The notes under the pieces: generated by a model
Seen by the model: only the letters and a program-made list of their open reading frames with translations
Database searches by the model: none
Told to the model about the DNA's origin: nothing
Position numbers and translations under genes: made by a program
In this document: positions 1 through 13,144 of the stretch, one piece after another
Layout: the number at the start of each line of letters is the position of its first letter
Numbering within the stretch: the first letter of the stretch is position 1
Assembly: GCF_006345805.1 (NCBI RefSeq)
Contig: NC_042998.1
Location: 65,038,001-65,102,000 of the forward strand
From: Octopus sinensis
Lineage: Eukaryota
Direction of reading: 5' to 3'
DNA length: 64,000 nucleotides

Positions 1-314
1 ATTCATGAGTAACACAATACGTTGTCTTTCATTATTTTATGGACAATCAATATCATCGAGTACAAATTCATATATTCTCCTTCAAAATCGCAATAGGCCA
101 ACAATAGCACAATTGGTTATTTATGTACAATGAGTTAATCAGTGGGTCGTAGATTTTTCATGTCGCTTTGAGAAGTCAATATCTAATACATAGCATGTCA
201 TATTTTTTATTCAACTTCAAACGATTCATTCATGAGGAGCTACATCAAAATTATACAGTCAATCTACACTTACGTGCACATACAGGAATACGCTAATCTT
301 TATCTTTCTATCAA

Positions 315-316
315 TG

Positions 317-402
<86 letters not shown>
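315..402. repeat. (TATC)n microsatellite
   Basis: Direct reading; similar arrays at 2968-3058, 3330-3422, 8010-8190 (as GATA) and 37345-37430. Confidence 0.98.
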
Positions 403-403
<1 letters not shown>

Positions 404-2966
404 GTAGACTACGTGGGTAGAGACAGAAACAGAAGGGGATGCAAATGCTCAGACGATTCCAACTGTCTGACAGGTACCGACTCGACCACCCAAATGCACC
501 AACGTGGACATGGAGCAACCGCAGTGGGTCGTCGAGATCGTATCTAGATAGGATACTGTGTAGGACAGTAGACAAGGATAACTTAGGATGTCCACAATTC
601 CACACAGTCAGCTACACGGATCACAAATTGGTGACGTGTACGCTAGACTTAGATAAGGCACATAGACAGGGTCCTGGGTACTGGAAACTGAACGCATCAT
701 TCCCGTCCAGACAAGTTTTCAGAGACCGGATTAGCACACTAGTAAAGAGGGCTTTGACGGGAGCCATCATCAACAACACATGGTGGTTTGCCCTCAAGAG
801 AGCAGTAAAAGCAGAAGCGATTAGGTACAGCAAAGCACTAGCCATAGATAGAAATAGAGTAGAGGGTGAGCTAGTTAAGAAGCTAGAAGAGGCAATTAGA
901 AGCGGCATCGCATCCGACGTTTTGGCGGCGAGGTTGGCCCTCGACCAACACTTCAACGCCAAACACGAAGGATGTGCTGTCAGAGCTAGGATGCGTGCTC
1001 TAAGGAACGAAGGTGTTGGAGCCGCGAGAGAGGCCCGGGTGGCAGAGGCGCAACAGGGCAACAAAGCCACCATTCGGTCACTGGTAGATGAACAGGGGCG
1101 CGAATTGCTCGAGCCAAGTAAAATGTGTGAGGCCTTTCAGCAGCATTTTGCCTGACTGTTCGGGACGAGTGGAGGGCAAGAACGTAGGGTAGAATTCAGT
1201 GCCTACCTACATAGCCTGCCACGACTCTCGACAAGAAAGGCAGGGTGCTGCGAAGGTGCCATCACGGCGGCGGAAGTGCGGGAAGCGATGGCAGAATGCT
1301 CGAGGGACAAATCACCGGGTTTGGATGGTCTACACTACGAATTTTACTATTGTATGCCAGACTTGTTTGGAGACGTCTTGGCAGCAAAACGGGAGCATAC
1401 CCGGTTTTGTGAGTCGAGGAGCTGTAACTCTGCTGAAGAAAGATCCAAACAAGAGAAACATTATAGATAACTTTAGGCCAATCACTCTGCTCAATGCAGA
1501 CCTGAAAATTTTGACAAAAGTTGGCGCTTGTCCATCATCTACTACCGCCTGATCGTCGTACCTTGTCCCGACCCTACCATCACCAAACTAGAACGCATCC
1601 TCTTCCGCTTCTTGTGGAAAGGATGCGTCCCGATGGTCAGGCGATCCATTTGCTGTCAACACCCGTTAAAAGGAGGGCTGGGCATGCCGTGGTTGATGAT
1701 GCGCAGACACGCGCTGAGACTGCGACATCTCCGGCTCTATGTAGACGACGGTGAACAGGTGTGGTCGCCGTTTGTGAGGCACGCATTCCCGCAACTCGTC
1801 TCCATGACCGAACTACAGTCGTGGATCAAAAAGAGGCCGAAGAAGGGCGAATGGCACCGCGAGTGTCGCGTTGCTCTCAAGCAACTCTGCCGTCCCGGGT
1901 CGACCTTGAGTGACTTCAACACAACCAAAGCATTCTATAGGGGATTAGTGGAGGGGAGGTACGACGACGAGCTCGGGGCAAACCTGGGCGTCGACGAGGA
2001 ATACCTGACCCGCCTGTTTCAAACGACTTTCGGCCCGGGACCTATGGACAACTTCCAGAGATCCCTGGCCTGGCGGTGCTACCGAGAAGCGCTACCCGTT
2101 CGGGATAAGCTCTATAGGCATGGCTCGAGAAACACGGGGCCGACCTGCCCGAGATGCGGGCAGAGCGACGAAACCGCTCTGCACGCAATCGTGCAGTGTC
2201 CAGCAATTTCTGACCTGTGGGCTTATGTCGAACGACTGCTGTCACGTGTGGGACGTGTCGGTTTATCAGCCGAGTCTATCGTTAATATCGTCACGCCTCC
2301 TTCCTTCAAACGGGAAGGAAGAGCTATTTTTATCATACTTGTGGCTATGGCGAAAGAATGTATCTGGTGGACGCATCTGAAAGGATTAGAGACAAACACT
2401 TTCCTCTCTGGTCAATCTCTCATCAACTTCTTCAAGTATCACTTGAAGAAAAAAGTGAGAGTAGAGAGGCAAGTTTTGTCTAGTGAATGTTTTAAAAAAA
2501 GATGGGTGAATGTAGCAAGGATGGCACGTATGAATGACGAAGCCACCTTGACTATGATTCTATGAACCGTAAAAATTAATACAGAGAGTTGCTTATTTGC
2601 AAAAAAAAAAAAAAGAAATATAACATGTGACTTCATTGACCGAGGTTACCGTGGTCTTTTCCGTAGGCTTTTCTTTCCACGGGTAAACCTCACCTGTCCT
2701 CCCCTTTACACTTCATATTGACATTTCTGTGATAACGATCCCTATTGATCAATTTTTTTCCTCTCCCCCCTTTTTTTAACCCCCCCTTTTTTTTGTCCTC
2801 TTTCTCTCCTTTTACGATCCCCTTTGATCGACACCCCCCTTTTTTATTTTATTTTTATTTTATTTTTTTATTTTTTATTTTTTTTATTTTTTAAACCTTC
2901 AAAAGAAAAGCTCTACCTTGTAATTTGTTCTATCGGTGTGCAGCCCTGTGTGGCTAATAAAGAAAC
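404..2966 (+). mobile_element. 5'-truncated, internally deleted Tx1/L1-clade LINE flanked on both sides by (TATC)n
   Basis: ORF2 remnants: APE endonuclease tail (WTWSN..SYLDRIL..SYTDHKLV, GPGYWKLNAS), RT start (KSPGLDGLHYEFY, NFRPITLLNADLKILTK), post-RT region (YYRLIVVPCP, KGGLGMP) and C-terminal CCHC finger (CPRCGQSDETALHAIVQC). 3' UTR has T/C tracts and AATAAA near 2956. Confidence 0.92.
439..2565 (+). pseudogene. Disrupted LINE ORF2 (endonuclease-RT-zinc finger); RT catalytic core deleted
   Basis: ORFs 439-1155 and 1276-1470 are in one frame separated by a single TGA at 1153-1155. Frameshift/short deletion near 1386. Jump at about 1520-1530 from RT domain 1 directly to the post-RT region; no YADD-type motif remains. 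Confidence 0.88.
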
Positions 2967-2996
2967 ATATCTATCTATCTATCTATCTGTCTATCC

Positions 2997-3049
<53 letters not shown>

Positions 3050-3069
3050 CCTATCTATAATGTTAGTGT

Positions 3070-3325
3070 GTGTTGTAAGCGACCAAGTAATAGAGATGAG
3101 ACGACCAGATCGTGTGATCCTTATAAGTAAAGATAATAGACGTTGCACTACCAGGAGGTTCGAATGTCAAGTGTAAGGAAAAAGAAAAGATTGAGAAAAA
3201 CCCGCCACTGCGAGATGAGATAGGCACGTTATGGGTCATTAGTATTGTAATGGTTATACCGGACGTAATTGAACCATTATGAGTAGTTTCCAAGGGCTTT
3301 GAAAAACATTAAGAATATTGGAGCT
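3070..3325 (+). mobile_element. R4/Dong-like LINE 3' fragment (restriction-like endonuclease C-terminus)
   Basis: Manual translation with a frameshift gives DQVIEMRRPD... then DVALPGGSNVKCKEKEKIEKNPPLRDEIGTLW..VMVIPDVIEPL, matching the PD..D..P.D..KE.EK..KY..L..EI..LW..VIPVVIG.LG pattern. Confidence 0.75.
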
Positions 3326-3353
3326 GCCGTCTGTCTGTCTATCTGTCTATCTT

Positions 3354-3410
<57 letters not shown>

Positions 3411-3803
3411 ATCTATCTATCTATTTGACTGTCAGTCTGTCTATATATTTACGCATGTATGTGTGTGCGCAAAAATGTGAGTAGGTGTACGTGTTTGTGT
3501 GTGTTTGTGTGTGCGTGCGTGTGTGTGTATGTATGTGTGCACGCGGGCGCTTGTGCGTATAATTCATCTTCGGAATTGGTTTTCGAAGTACATATAAATG
3601 GACATATGAAGTTAGAGGAAGTGAAAACACACACACGTATATATATGAATTTCATTAACGTGTCTGCAGGTGTACTTTTTTTGCTTTTATGATAAAGTTT
3701 CTTGGTTATTATTACATGCCCTCGAATTTCTCCGTTTGCTGGGTTTAATTTCAGCGATTTGGGAAATTTTAAATTCTGAGATTTAAACCACTCTTTCTCC
3801 AAG

Positions 3804-3884
3804 TGATCACGGGTCTCAGTCACTGGCTTTGATCACGGGCTTCGATCCTTGGCTTTGATCACGGGATTCGATCACTGACTTTGA
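3804..3884. repeat. Minisatellite, three 26-bp units (TGATCACGGG...TGGCTT)
   Basis: Units start at 3804, 3830 and 3856, each with TGATCACGGG. Confidence 0.9.
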
Positions 3885-4595
3885 AATGTCGAGAAAAATA
3901 TCAACCTTTATTCTGTCAAGTCTAATTAACAGAAACATAATTGGTCTTTTCCCTGACATTCGATTCATATAAATAAAATTATTTTTCGCAATACTTGAAA
4001 TGAAAGTCAGCATATATGCTCACGGTTGTACTTCCAAATTAAGTTTCCTCCATCAGAATTATGTATAATCTGTAATTATTGGAAAGGAATACGTTGTTGT
4101 TAAAGAAGTGTGTAATTAAACCAAAGAAGAATTGAACTATCATAGGATTACAGGTCGTAAGGAAATCTAATGATTCCGTAAAAATGCCTTTGAAAAGGCG
4201 AGCTGTCAGCTTATTCATTAATTAAGAATTGTTTAAAGCAAAATAATTTATTATTTGTATATGTACAAAATAATTTTTAATACAGTTCTATATGTAAGAG
4301 ATGAGGAATTATGTACATTATTTACACTATTTACATCACCTATGGGATGAAATTAAAATAATAGACAGAGAACACCACTAGAAAGTACGGAAACAAAATG
4401 AAGCGGCACATATGCTAGGACACAGCTACCTCTTAAGCAGACTGAGTGCAGATATGAATAGTATAAGGGAACTGGTACTGTGGATGAATAGGAAAATATT
4501 AGATTTATAAGCCCTAAAATTCACTCCATAATTGCCCAAGATTCCAAGTTCGATTCCATTCCTTTGGAATGGGAACCGAGGTTCGAAATTTCCGC

Positions 4596-4642
4596 AACAA
4601 ACCTGATGAGGCTGGAGTGTATATCAGCTGAAACGTTGTGTT
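4596..4642 (+). ncRNA. Type I minimal hammerhead ribozyme motif (PLE-type)
   Basis: CTGATGA (4603-4609), stem II GGCTG/CAGCT, GAAAC, palindromic AACGTT, GUU triplet, weak bulged stem I (AAC-AA-AC/GT-GTT). Confidence 0.6.
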
Positions 4643-5714
4643 ATCAACAAATAAGATGAGGACAAATATCAGTTAAACGTAAATAACGTAAATAATGTAA
4701 AAGGAATTGTGTATGGAAGAAATGTTTCCACTGGTTACTAAATCGATCGTGATCATTACTAATGATATAAAACACTGACTTCGTTTGTTCGATGCCTTGC
4801 TTACAATATATAAGAGTATGCATAATTTTTGTTTGTATTCATAAACGCGTGCGCGCAAATAAGTGTGAAATACTTTCGTAAATTTTGCTGCTGAAGAGTT
4901 AATGTATTTTACAATACCAAACTTTCCATATAACACCACCCACGCCAGATCAATGGAGATAGTTCCATTATCATACAATATTCTATTGTAAAATTTATTA
5001 CGATGAGAATAATTGTTAAACATAACATACAGGAATTGTATATTATATTTAATGCATATAGCATTAACATCTAAAATAATATATTTACATGTAGTTTAGA
5101 CGACACATGAAGAAAAAGTAAGAATTATTCCATCTTCCAGAAAAATACGTAAGACAATTACTCATTTATTTCATTCATTTTCAGCTTCATTTGCGTAAGA
5201 TATTCACCGACAAGAGAAAGTAATATTCATATTTAATGAAGAAATTAAAATAAATTATATATTTGAGTCGTAGAAACATGTAAATCTTTAGACATTAAAT
5301 GATACTCTGACGTCATTCATATTAACTCTGCGAAAAGTTAACGAGTTTTCTAAACAAAATGGATATTACAAAACTATTTAATAGTCGATATATTTTGTAT
5401 GAAAACAATATGTGCCCAAAACTATTATTAGTTATTCTACTTAATTATTAAAACTACAAAATTAATTATATACACTTAGTACTGTTCTTTAAAAGATCAT
5501 GTGTTCAGAGTACTAGACTGAAATGAATTTCCTTTTTCTCTCATTTTTACCATTTCAGCTTAAACTAAAATTCATTTTGCATTTTATGCATAAGATATTA
5601 TTGATACAACATTAATTTGAAATGTATTCCAGTTTTGCTTTGAGCTGTTGCTCGAGTTTAGAAAGGCTCATAAATATTCTATCTTATATCTTATAAGGTC
5701 ATAATATAATCTTG

Positions 5715-5808
5715 AAATTATTTTCTATTCTAGGCACAAGGCCCGAAATTTTGGGTGAGGGGGGCAGTTGATTAGATCGACCGCACTATGCAACTAGTAC
5801 TTAATTAA
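5715..5808 (-). mobile_element. SINE 3' fragment
   Basis: GATTAGATCGACC..A.T...CAACTAGTACTTAATT resembles the reverse complement of the SINE body at 9421-9540 and 30450-30678. Confidence 0.55.
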
Positions 5809-6226
5809 GATGACAATGACATTTCTCGGCAATCGGATTCTTGTCTTATTCTATTTCTATGGTCAGCGCAAAATAAACCTGCTTCTTCTTAATTAAACGG
5901 CATCTTTGGTGTTGCAAATGTTCAGGTTGTAAATCGAGAGACAAGTAATGAGCGTAGAAGACGACAGGGACCTGATATACTAGGTAGGAAATAACAGGTA
6001 TATCTGCTAAAGCAAGGGGGCGATAGAAGAGCCATATATTGGGTGGAATATTGAAGAGAAATAGGTAAACAGGAGGCGGAGCTCGTTTTAGAATGAAACA
6101 TTAGATGTCATCTAAAGTGATGCTAGACAATACTCATAATACAGCCTTTATATCGTGCAGAGTTTATGGTATGTTACTTTTGGGGTATTTCGTACAATGG
6201 TTTGGAACGTCTTCTGGAACGGATAT

Positions 6227-6285
<59 letters not shown>

Positions 6286-8017
6286 CGCCATGCGATATAT
6301 ATGTCGAATCAGGCTGTGCCTCAATGGCCCCAATGCCAGCCATTTTTTCGTACGTGAGATATATGTAATCAATAAGAGAAACTGATGGACGTTCAGATGA
6401 TGAGACCGGTAAATATAGCTTCCTTGTATGTTTTACACGGCATGGGTAAGCGAAAACCTGGGTTGTAGACGTACACTATTTATTTCCATCATAAAAGAAT
6501 GGACTGTACAATTTTATTGTTGTATGAGATTAATTTATAAAATTCTTACTGAGTAGATTTATCTGCATGTGCATAGTTTGTGTTGATTTAAAGTAAATTC
6601 TATATGTTACCTGCAAATATTAACTCTCTGTGAATGCTGTGTAGTTCCGTCCAAGGATATCACTTATAGACAGACGTAAAATTTGAGAAAAATTGATAAG
6701 CTTCATGTTTGTAGCGTCATAATAGATTCTAGGAATGAATACTAATTTATTAATTGTGAGTAAGAGAATACAAAATGAGCGCAGCATATTTCAATGGAGC
6801 AACACGGATGGAATTCGATTCATGATAGATAGGCAAGTCTTTCACAAGATATGCATGCAAAATTTTCTGAACAGCGGGACAACATAGAGATGTGTTGATA
6901 TATATTTCGTTAAACCTCTCAATTAGTAGAAAACCATATATCCTTTGGTTTCAACGGTGAAATTTTGGTTCAACATCAAGCGAATTATCTTGACATTCAC
7001 ATTGTAACTAAATGGCTGAACATTACAAGAAGGGTGCACCGTACACGTCATTTTTTCACAGAAACAATGTGATGTTTTTGGGTTTTATCATTGAAAGATT
7101 TGTACAACAATCTGATGGCATTCTCAACAGTTTCTGTTTGACCAGTTTTAATCCTCTTGCTGGGTTTTACTGGAGCCCAAATTTTAAGACAACTGTCCAA
7201 GAAGTCATGAAGTTGTAGCAAACGTAGGGACTTGCGTATGGAAACTGATCTCTGCTTGCTCAAACACTGGTCGTTCAGGAAAGCATATTGGCATATCATG
7301 CAAGGGAGTTCCTTTCATTTACAACGTGAAGACTACAGAAATTACGAGTAGGTTAGTGATTTTCATATTTTCAAGTTATCGCTCTGCTATCAGGAATAGA
7401 ATTCCAACAACAGACTCGTAATTTGGTTCAATATCAAATATCAATGCGGCACATTTTATATGAGTGTAATTTAGAGGCTATACCTAATAAATAAGCTAAC
7501 AAAATAGAGACACACTAGTCTACACATTACTTATAACGATGTCACTCTTCGCTTTACTCATATCTCGTTGGGGAAACAGTTACTGATATCACAGCAAATA
7601 TTGTTAGTTGTTAGAATACTTGTAACAGTGACAATTTAAAACATCAATTAGCATAACTTTGAGAAAAACAGTCAACAAATATATAATTTTTTTTTGAAAA
7701 AATATTGGTTTTGAAGTTTAAAATAAATATCTGCAAACAAAAACTCAAAGAATGTTTGAAATTCATAAAATCGTCGTATAATAAAGACTGACTTGAAACG
7801 AAGTGTCTGTGTGAAGTTGAAATAAAAAGTAAATATATGCAAAGCAATGAGAAACAAGATGTATATTAGCTAAATTTGAGCAATAAATAAAAAGGGAATT
7901 AAAATTGCAGACGAAATAATATGTTATGTGTGATACGTTAAAACTGATAATGTCCGATGCAATAAACTTATACAGAACAACACAGAGGACACCGTACTGC
8001 GATTAAACAGATAGATG

Positions 8018-8088
<71 letters not shown>

Positions 8089-8154
8089 GGACAGACAGAT
8101 AGATAGATATATTGACAGACAGACAGAGAGATATATAGATAGATAGGTAGGTAG

Positions 8155-8185
<31 letters not shown>

Positions 8186-8212
8186 GAGAGGGAGAGATAC
8201 ATGCATACATAC

Positions 8213-8262
<50 letters not shown>

Positions 8263-8939
8263 CTTGTTTGGATTTGGTTTGCAAGATTCTTTATTTGAGT
8301 TCGTGTGTTGAAGCATATTCCGTTGTGTCTGGGGAAAGGCATTCGCTTTTAGTGCCTTATTATTTAACACACACACCGGTAAAATTTCCACTCATTTCCT
8401 TTACTTTTCTAAAATTTTCGTTGCGTCTTTCAGCCTTTTAAATACTTTTGACTCAATTCAAGCTGCATTCTTTTTGTTTGGTTATGCGCATGTATGTGGT
8501 TCATTGTGTGTGTGTATGCATACGCATGCATGTATGTTTGTATGTATGTATGTAAGTACGTATGTATGTGTGTATGCTAGTGTATGTATTCGTGTATATG
8601 TGTGCATATCTATGTATGTATGCATGTAAGGGTGTAAATTTGTATGTATTCTGCATATTCATGCGTTTGCATCTCTGTGATTGTGTGACTTTATATAGGT
8701 GTGTGTTTGTGTGTGTTTGTATGTGTTTGTGTATATATGGCTACGTTGTTTCAGTCTCCATTTGTATATGTGTGCGTATGCCTGCTTGTCTGTTCATATA
8801 ACCTATGTACCTATCCGTCTCTATATTGATCTGTTTGCTTTCATATCCAAATGCTTACATACATGTGCATAAACATATACATACATCCACACACACACAC
8901 ATACATACATACATTTATCTACATAACAGGTCACTGACT

Positions 8940-9190
8940 ATTCTACTCCACCTGTGTAAACTGTAGGTATGGGGGGTATGATATCTACTACGTAGGTTTC
9001 CTTTTTAGTATTGGGCAAGTTTCGTTCATGAGGCCTTACTCCCGTATTCGTCTAAGTGCTGTGTCCTTTGGGTGCTTGGATAAGATGAGGATATCAAGTT
9101 GACCCAGGATGCATTCCGTATTGATCCTTCGCATTTTGGTAGAGTATGGAGCACTGTTTTTTGTCGTCATATTGTCTCAAATGTTCATTT
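8940..9190 (-). mobile_element. Penelope-like element fragment, GIY-YIG endonuclease C-terminus
   Basis: Minus-strand translation with frameshifts: EHLRQYDDKKQCSILYQNAKDQYGMH.. then LDILILSKHPKDTALRRIRE..LMNETCPILKRK, matching the PLE EH....S.L..H..H...IL....R.I.E..I....P.LN pattern. Confidence 0.6.
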
Positions 9191-9357
9191 TGTCGTAACA
9201 CAATGCTCCTATATGTATCTCTAATGTATGTCATGTACATGTTTTACAAGCACATTCTATGCATCTTATGCTGTAAACTACAAAGCTAGTTCTACAGTTA
9301 ATGCCAGGGCTAATTTTACATTCTATATATGTGTATATGTATGTATATATATGTGTG

Positions 9358-9421
9358 TGTGTTGATGTGATTGTGTGTATATATATTTACATATATATAT
9401 ACACACAATCACATCAACACA
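9358..9421. repeat. Perfect inverted repeat, 29-bp arms, 6-nt spacer
   Basis: TGTGTTGATGTGATTGTGTGTATATATAT (9358-9386) / ATATATATACACACAATCACATCAACACA (9393-9421). Confidence 0.95.
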
Positions 9422-9540
9422 TCCTTTCGGGGTCGATAAATTAAGTACCAGTTCACTGGGGTCGATGTAATTGACTTAATCCGTTTGTCTGTCCTTGTTT
9501 GTCCCCTCTGTGTTTAGCTCCTTGTGGGTAGTAAAGAATT
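9421..9540 (+). mobile_element. 5'-truncated tRNA-derived SINE (3' half)
   Basis: ATCCTTTCGGGGTCGATAAATTAAGTACCAG..CACTGGGGTCGATGTAATTGACTTAATCC...GTGGGTAGTAAAGAA is nearly identical to the 3' half of the SINE at 30450-30678. Confidence 0.85.
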
Positions 9541-10125
9541 AATATATTTACATATATATATATAAATGTATATATATATATATGCATATATAGATAATGT
9601 ATAAATGGTAGGAAACTTAGAGAAAATTTCTACCAGTAGACAACATATTATCCTTATAATTAATGAACCAATAAAATAATTTGTTATCCGTCTTCATCAG
9701 CAAGGGTGCTAAAAATTAACATGTAATTATGAGACAAATTGACAGTACATGCTTCATCTTTATACATTATAAATGTTCATATCCAAAGCTTAAGCGCTGT
9801 TATAGTAGGCAGCGAATAAAATTATATGCGACAACTTTCTTGAAAATTACGAAAATCCTATTAAGAAAATTTATATAGGGTAGGATACTTAGAGAAATGT
9901 TCTACCAGTGGCTAGCATGCATAACATAGACAATAGACAACATATTCATATTAAAATTCGTGTACATTTATACACGATGTTCGAAATCTAGTGGTAACTA
10001 ATGAAAATGTTTTTATTTTTAATTCTCTTCGAAATTACTCTTAACCGCGCTTTGGATTTTGACTATTCCCTTTAGCATGTAAAGTGTCCGGTTATGGTCA
10101 CCCCTTTTTTGTATAAATGTACACC

Positions 10126-10160
<35 letters not shown>

Positions 10161-10201
10161 TATATATATATATATATATACATATATATGTATACACACA
10201 C

Positions 10202-10282
<81 letters not shown>

Positions 10283-10569
10283 AGAGAAGTACTTATTCTG
10301 TAGGTCTTTTTCCGATCCGCAACGTTAAAATACGTAGACACGGCAATACCGATAATCGGGCGACGAGACCTACACAAACAGAAAGATACACAAGACACGC
10401 ACACACACGTATATACATCGGCTTTCTTTGCAGTTTCCAAATCGACCTGTAAATGAATATCACTTACCCATGTTGCGTCGTAGTGATATTGAACCCGGAA
10501 AGATGTGGTTGGGAAACAAACTTCTTAACACACAGCTGCACCTGTAGGTTACGTATACAAATGTCTGCG

Positions 10570-10850
10570 ACCGCTAAATCCACATTTTATTTTTATTCTC
10601 TCTCTATTTATTTTCTCATGTTCCTTTCCATTGAAGAGCGTAGGCTCGAAACGTAAAGAATTTTATCACCTTCCCGAGTGTCAAACGAATACACCTGCTT
10701 TCTATTTATAAATTTGTCTTCGTCTATTTCTTTCTCTGCTAATTTCAGATATTAAGTACTTTCTTACTTCCCGAGCGTTAATCTAATGCATCCGTCTTCG
10801 TCTTCTTTTTTTGTTTGTAACTTCTCACTACATATATTCATACATGTATA
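10570..10850 (+). mobile_element. Repeat with degenerate hammerhead-like motif, probably a PLE pseudo-LTR fragment
   Basis: TTCCTTTC..TTGAAGAGCGTAGGCTCGAAACGTAAAG...CTTCCCGAG recurs at 55860-55945; a fragment recurs at 55381-55420. Confidence 0.55.
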
Positions 10851-13104
10851 CATACGAGTATCTTACATCATTTTGTAAAAAAAAAAATTCAGTAAAGCCA
10901 ATGAACATACCAACATTAAATTTCTCTGTTTCGAAACCCAATCAAAATAGGCGAAATACAGTGGTTTGAAATAAAAAAAACAAACAAATAATAATTTGTG
11001 AGTTCAGCGCTGTTATTTCCCGAATCCTCTTCTTTGATCAAGTTCAACATCATGTGTTTTCTCAAAATGAAATGGTAAATAGGAGGTTTTGAGTTCCCAC
11101 ACCTGAAAATGAAAGGATGATTTTAACAGTGATAGTAAACTACTTCGGTTTCTTTTTTGTAATAAAGCACTTCTAATCATAACATGTGAAGTCTTTCCTT
11201 CAAGGAATCGCGGGTCAAAACGATAAATATTTATCACCGTCATAATATATATTGTCCATATCTATTTAATGACAAGCATTGTAGCAGCCATAACGTGTGT
11301 GCTGATTTTGCAGATGTAACATTAGTAGAAAATAGACTTAGGTTGTAATGGAATTTAACATTTCCCCGCAAGTTGTACTAGAAGATGGATAAACATGTTA
11401 AACAACATACCAGTTATCATTTTAAACTTAAAACTGAAATTTATTATTCCATAATCTTTTGTAAAACGATATTTTTGCAGTGTTAATCTCAGATAAGTAG
11501 TATATATTTTTTTTAGAGTGTGGCACTCATCCAGATAATGCAAAATATACTCCCTTGCAGAGACTTCAGTTCCAGTTGCTGGATGCTGATGTTGAGCGAG
11601 GCAGTGTCATGGTGGATAATCAGAAATTACTTCATTATATGTAACAGCGTTAAAGGATAATACAGAAGCAATAAATTGCCTGTTATATGCGAAAGATCAG
11701 TGACTTGGGATCGACTGCAATTGTCTGAAATACTTAAGTTGCTATAGATATGAAATCACATGAAGAATTTATGCTTACTCAACAAGATTCCCAGTAATTT
11801 AATAAGCATCATACAAACGAAGAAAATATGGTGTTGAGCCCGCGTTCCATTAAATCATTTTCTATCGAAATGTACCCAGAAAATTCTTTGTTGTTCCTGA
11901 TTTGATCATGCGATATAAATCTAACTGATTTACCGTTTCAATAATATATTCGCGAGCTTTTTAGCATTTTCATGAATTTCCTATTTACAATCCCTGAAAC
12001 ATTAGCATAACGTGACATGTCCTGTATGATCATACGTTTATGTGTGGAAACATGCCTTGAAAATACTACTTCGTTTTTGTTTTGTTTCAACTTCCGTATA
12101 TGTATTTTTAAATATATGCTTGAAATCGCATACAGTACTAAAATGTTTGCAGGTTACACCACATTATTTTCTTTTACATTTAGGATTTTATACGCTACAT
12201 GTTTTAGTTTAGTGTTGTCCATTTTCCTCCGGTTTAAAAATTAAAATTTGACCGAACGCAGTTTTTAATCCGTAGGAATCCAATGCTTAGAATACATATT
12301 ATAAATGATTTGTACATTGAATTGTGTAATATAAAATGTCAAGTATATGTTGGACTTGATCTTTTTAAAAACTGTATTCTTCTAGAACTTAGTTTCATTT
12401 TTGCCAGAATAACATTTTGATTACTGCATTACATTCTGATATGTGATCTAGTTTTAATTCATTTTGAAGTAGTTATATCACCAATAACATTTTGACGCAC
12501 GCACACATACACACACACAAACACATACACACATTCACACACGCATATATATGTGTTGGTAATTTTCTCGCCATCGTTGAGAAAAATCGAGATTATTACA
12601 CAAGTTAATGTCTCTTCATTCTTTTCATTCGTTAATATATTTTTTTAAAATTTGAATAGGCATCACTTGCAGTGTTCAAAAGTCACGATTCTAACAATTC
12701 TAAAGTCGAACACTCAAATCCACGCATTAAACCCCAAGAAAACAAACATACTCAAACTTTTATTTACATCCTGTATATCCATGCGTTAGAAACTTAACAC
12801 TGTCAGTCAGTCGATTGACTATTAACCTCCATATGCCCTCCATCGAATCTGCTATATATACTAATTTTAGTACTTTGTTAGCAAACAATATGAAAAATCA
12901 TCCACTGGCGAAATAGGTATTTTTCACACGATGTACATTCAAAATTAAGTTAGCGATTAAACAAACTTGTTTAATGCTCTCAGTAATTCACTAAATGTTC
13001 ACCGTTGCCTGTACAAGTCAGGCATAGTGTTGGTGAGCTTATACATACACACACACACATACACACACGCACGCACACACGCACACACACACACACACAC
13101 ACAT

Positions 13105-13144
<40 letters not shown>

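Noticed and set aside
3804-3884. Short regularly spaced repeats resembling a CRISPR array
   Set aside because: Only three contiguous 26-bp units with homologous, not unique, intervening sequence; eukaryotic context and no cas genes.
11561-11640. Acceptor-like TCCCTTGCAG followed by RLQFQLLDADVERGSVMVDNQKLLHYM*
   Set aside because: Short, no recognisable homology or convincing donor; such sites occur by chance.
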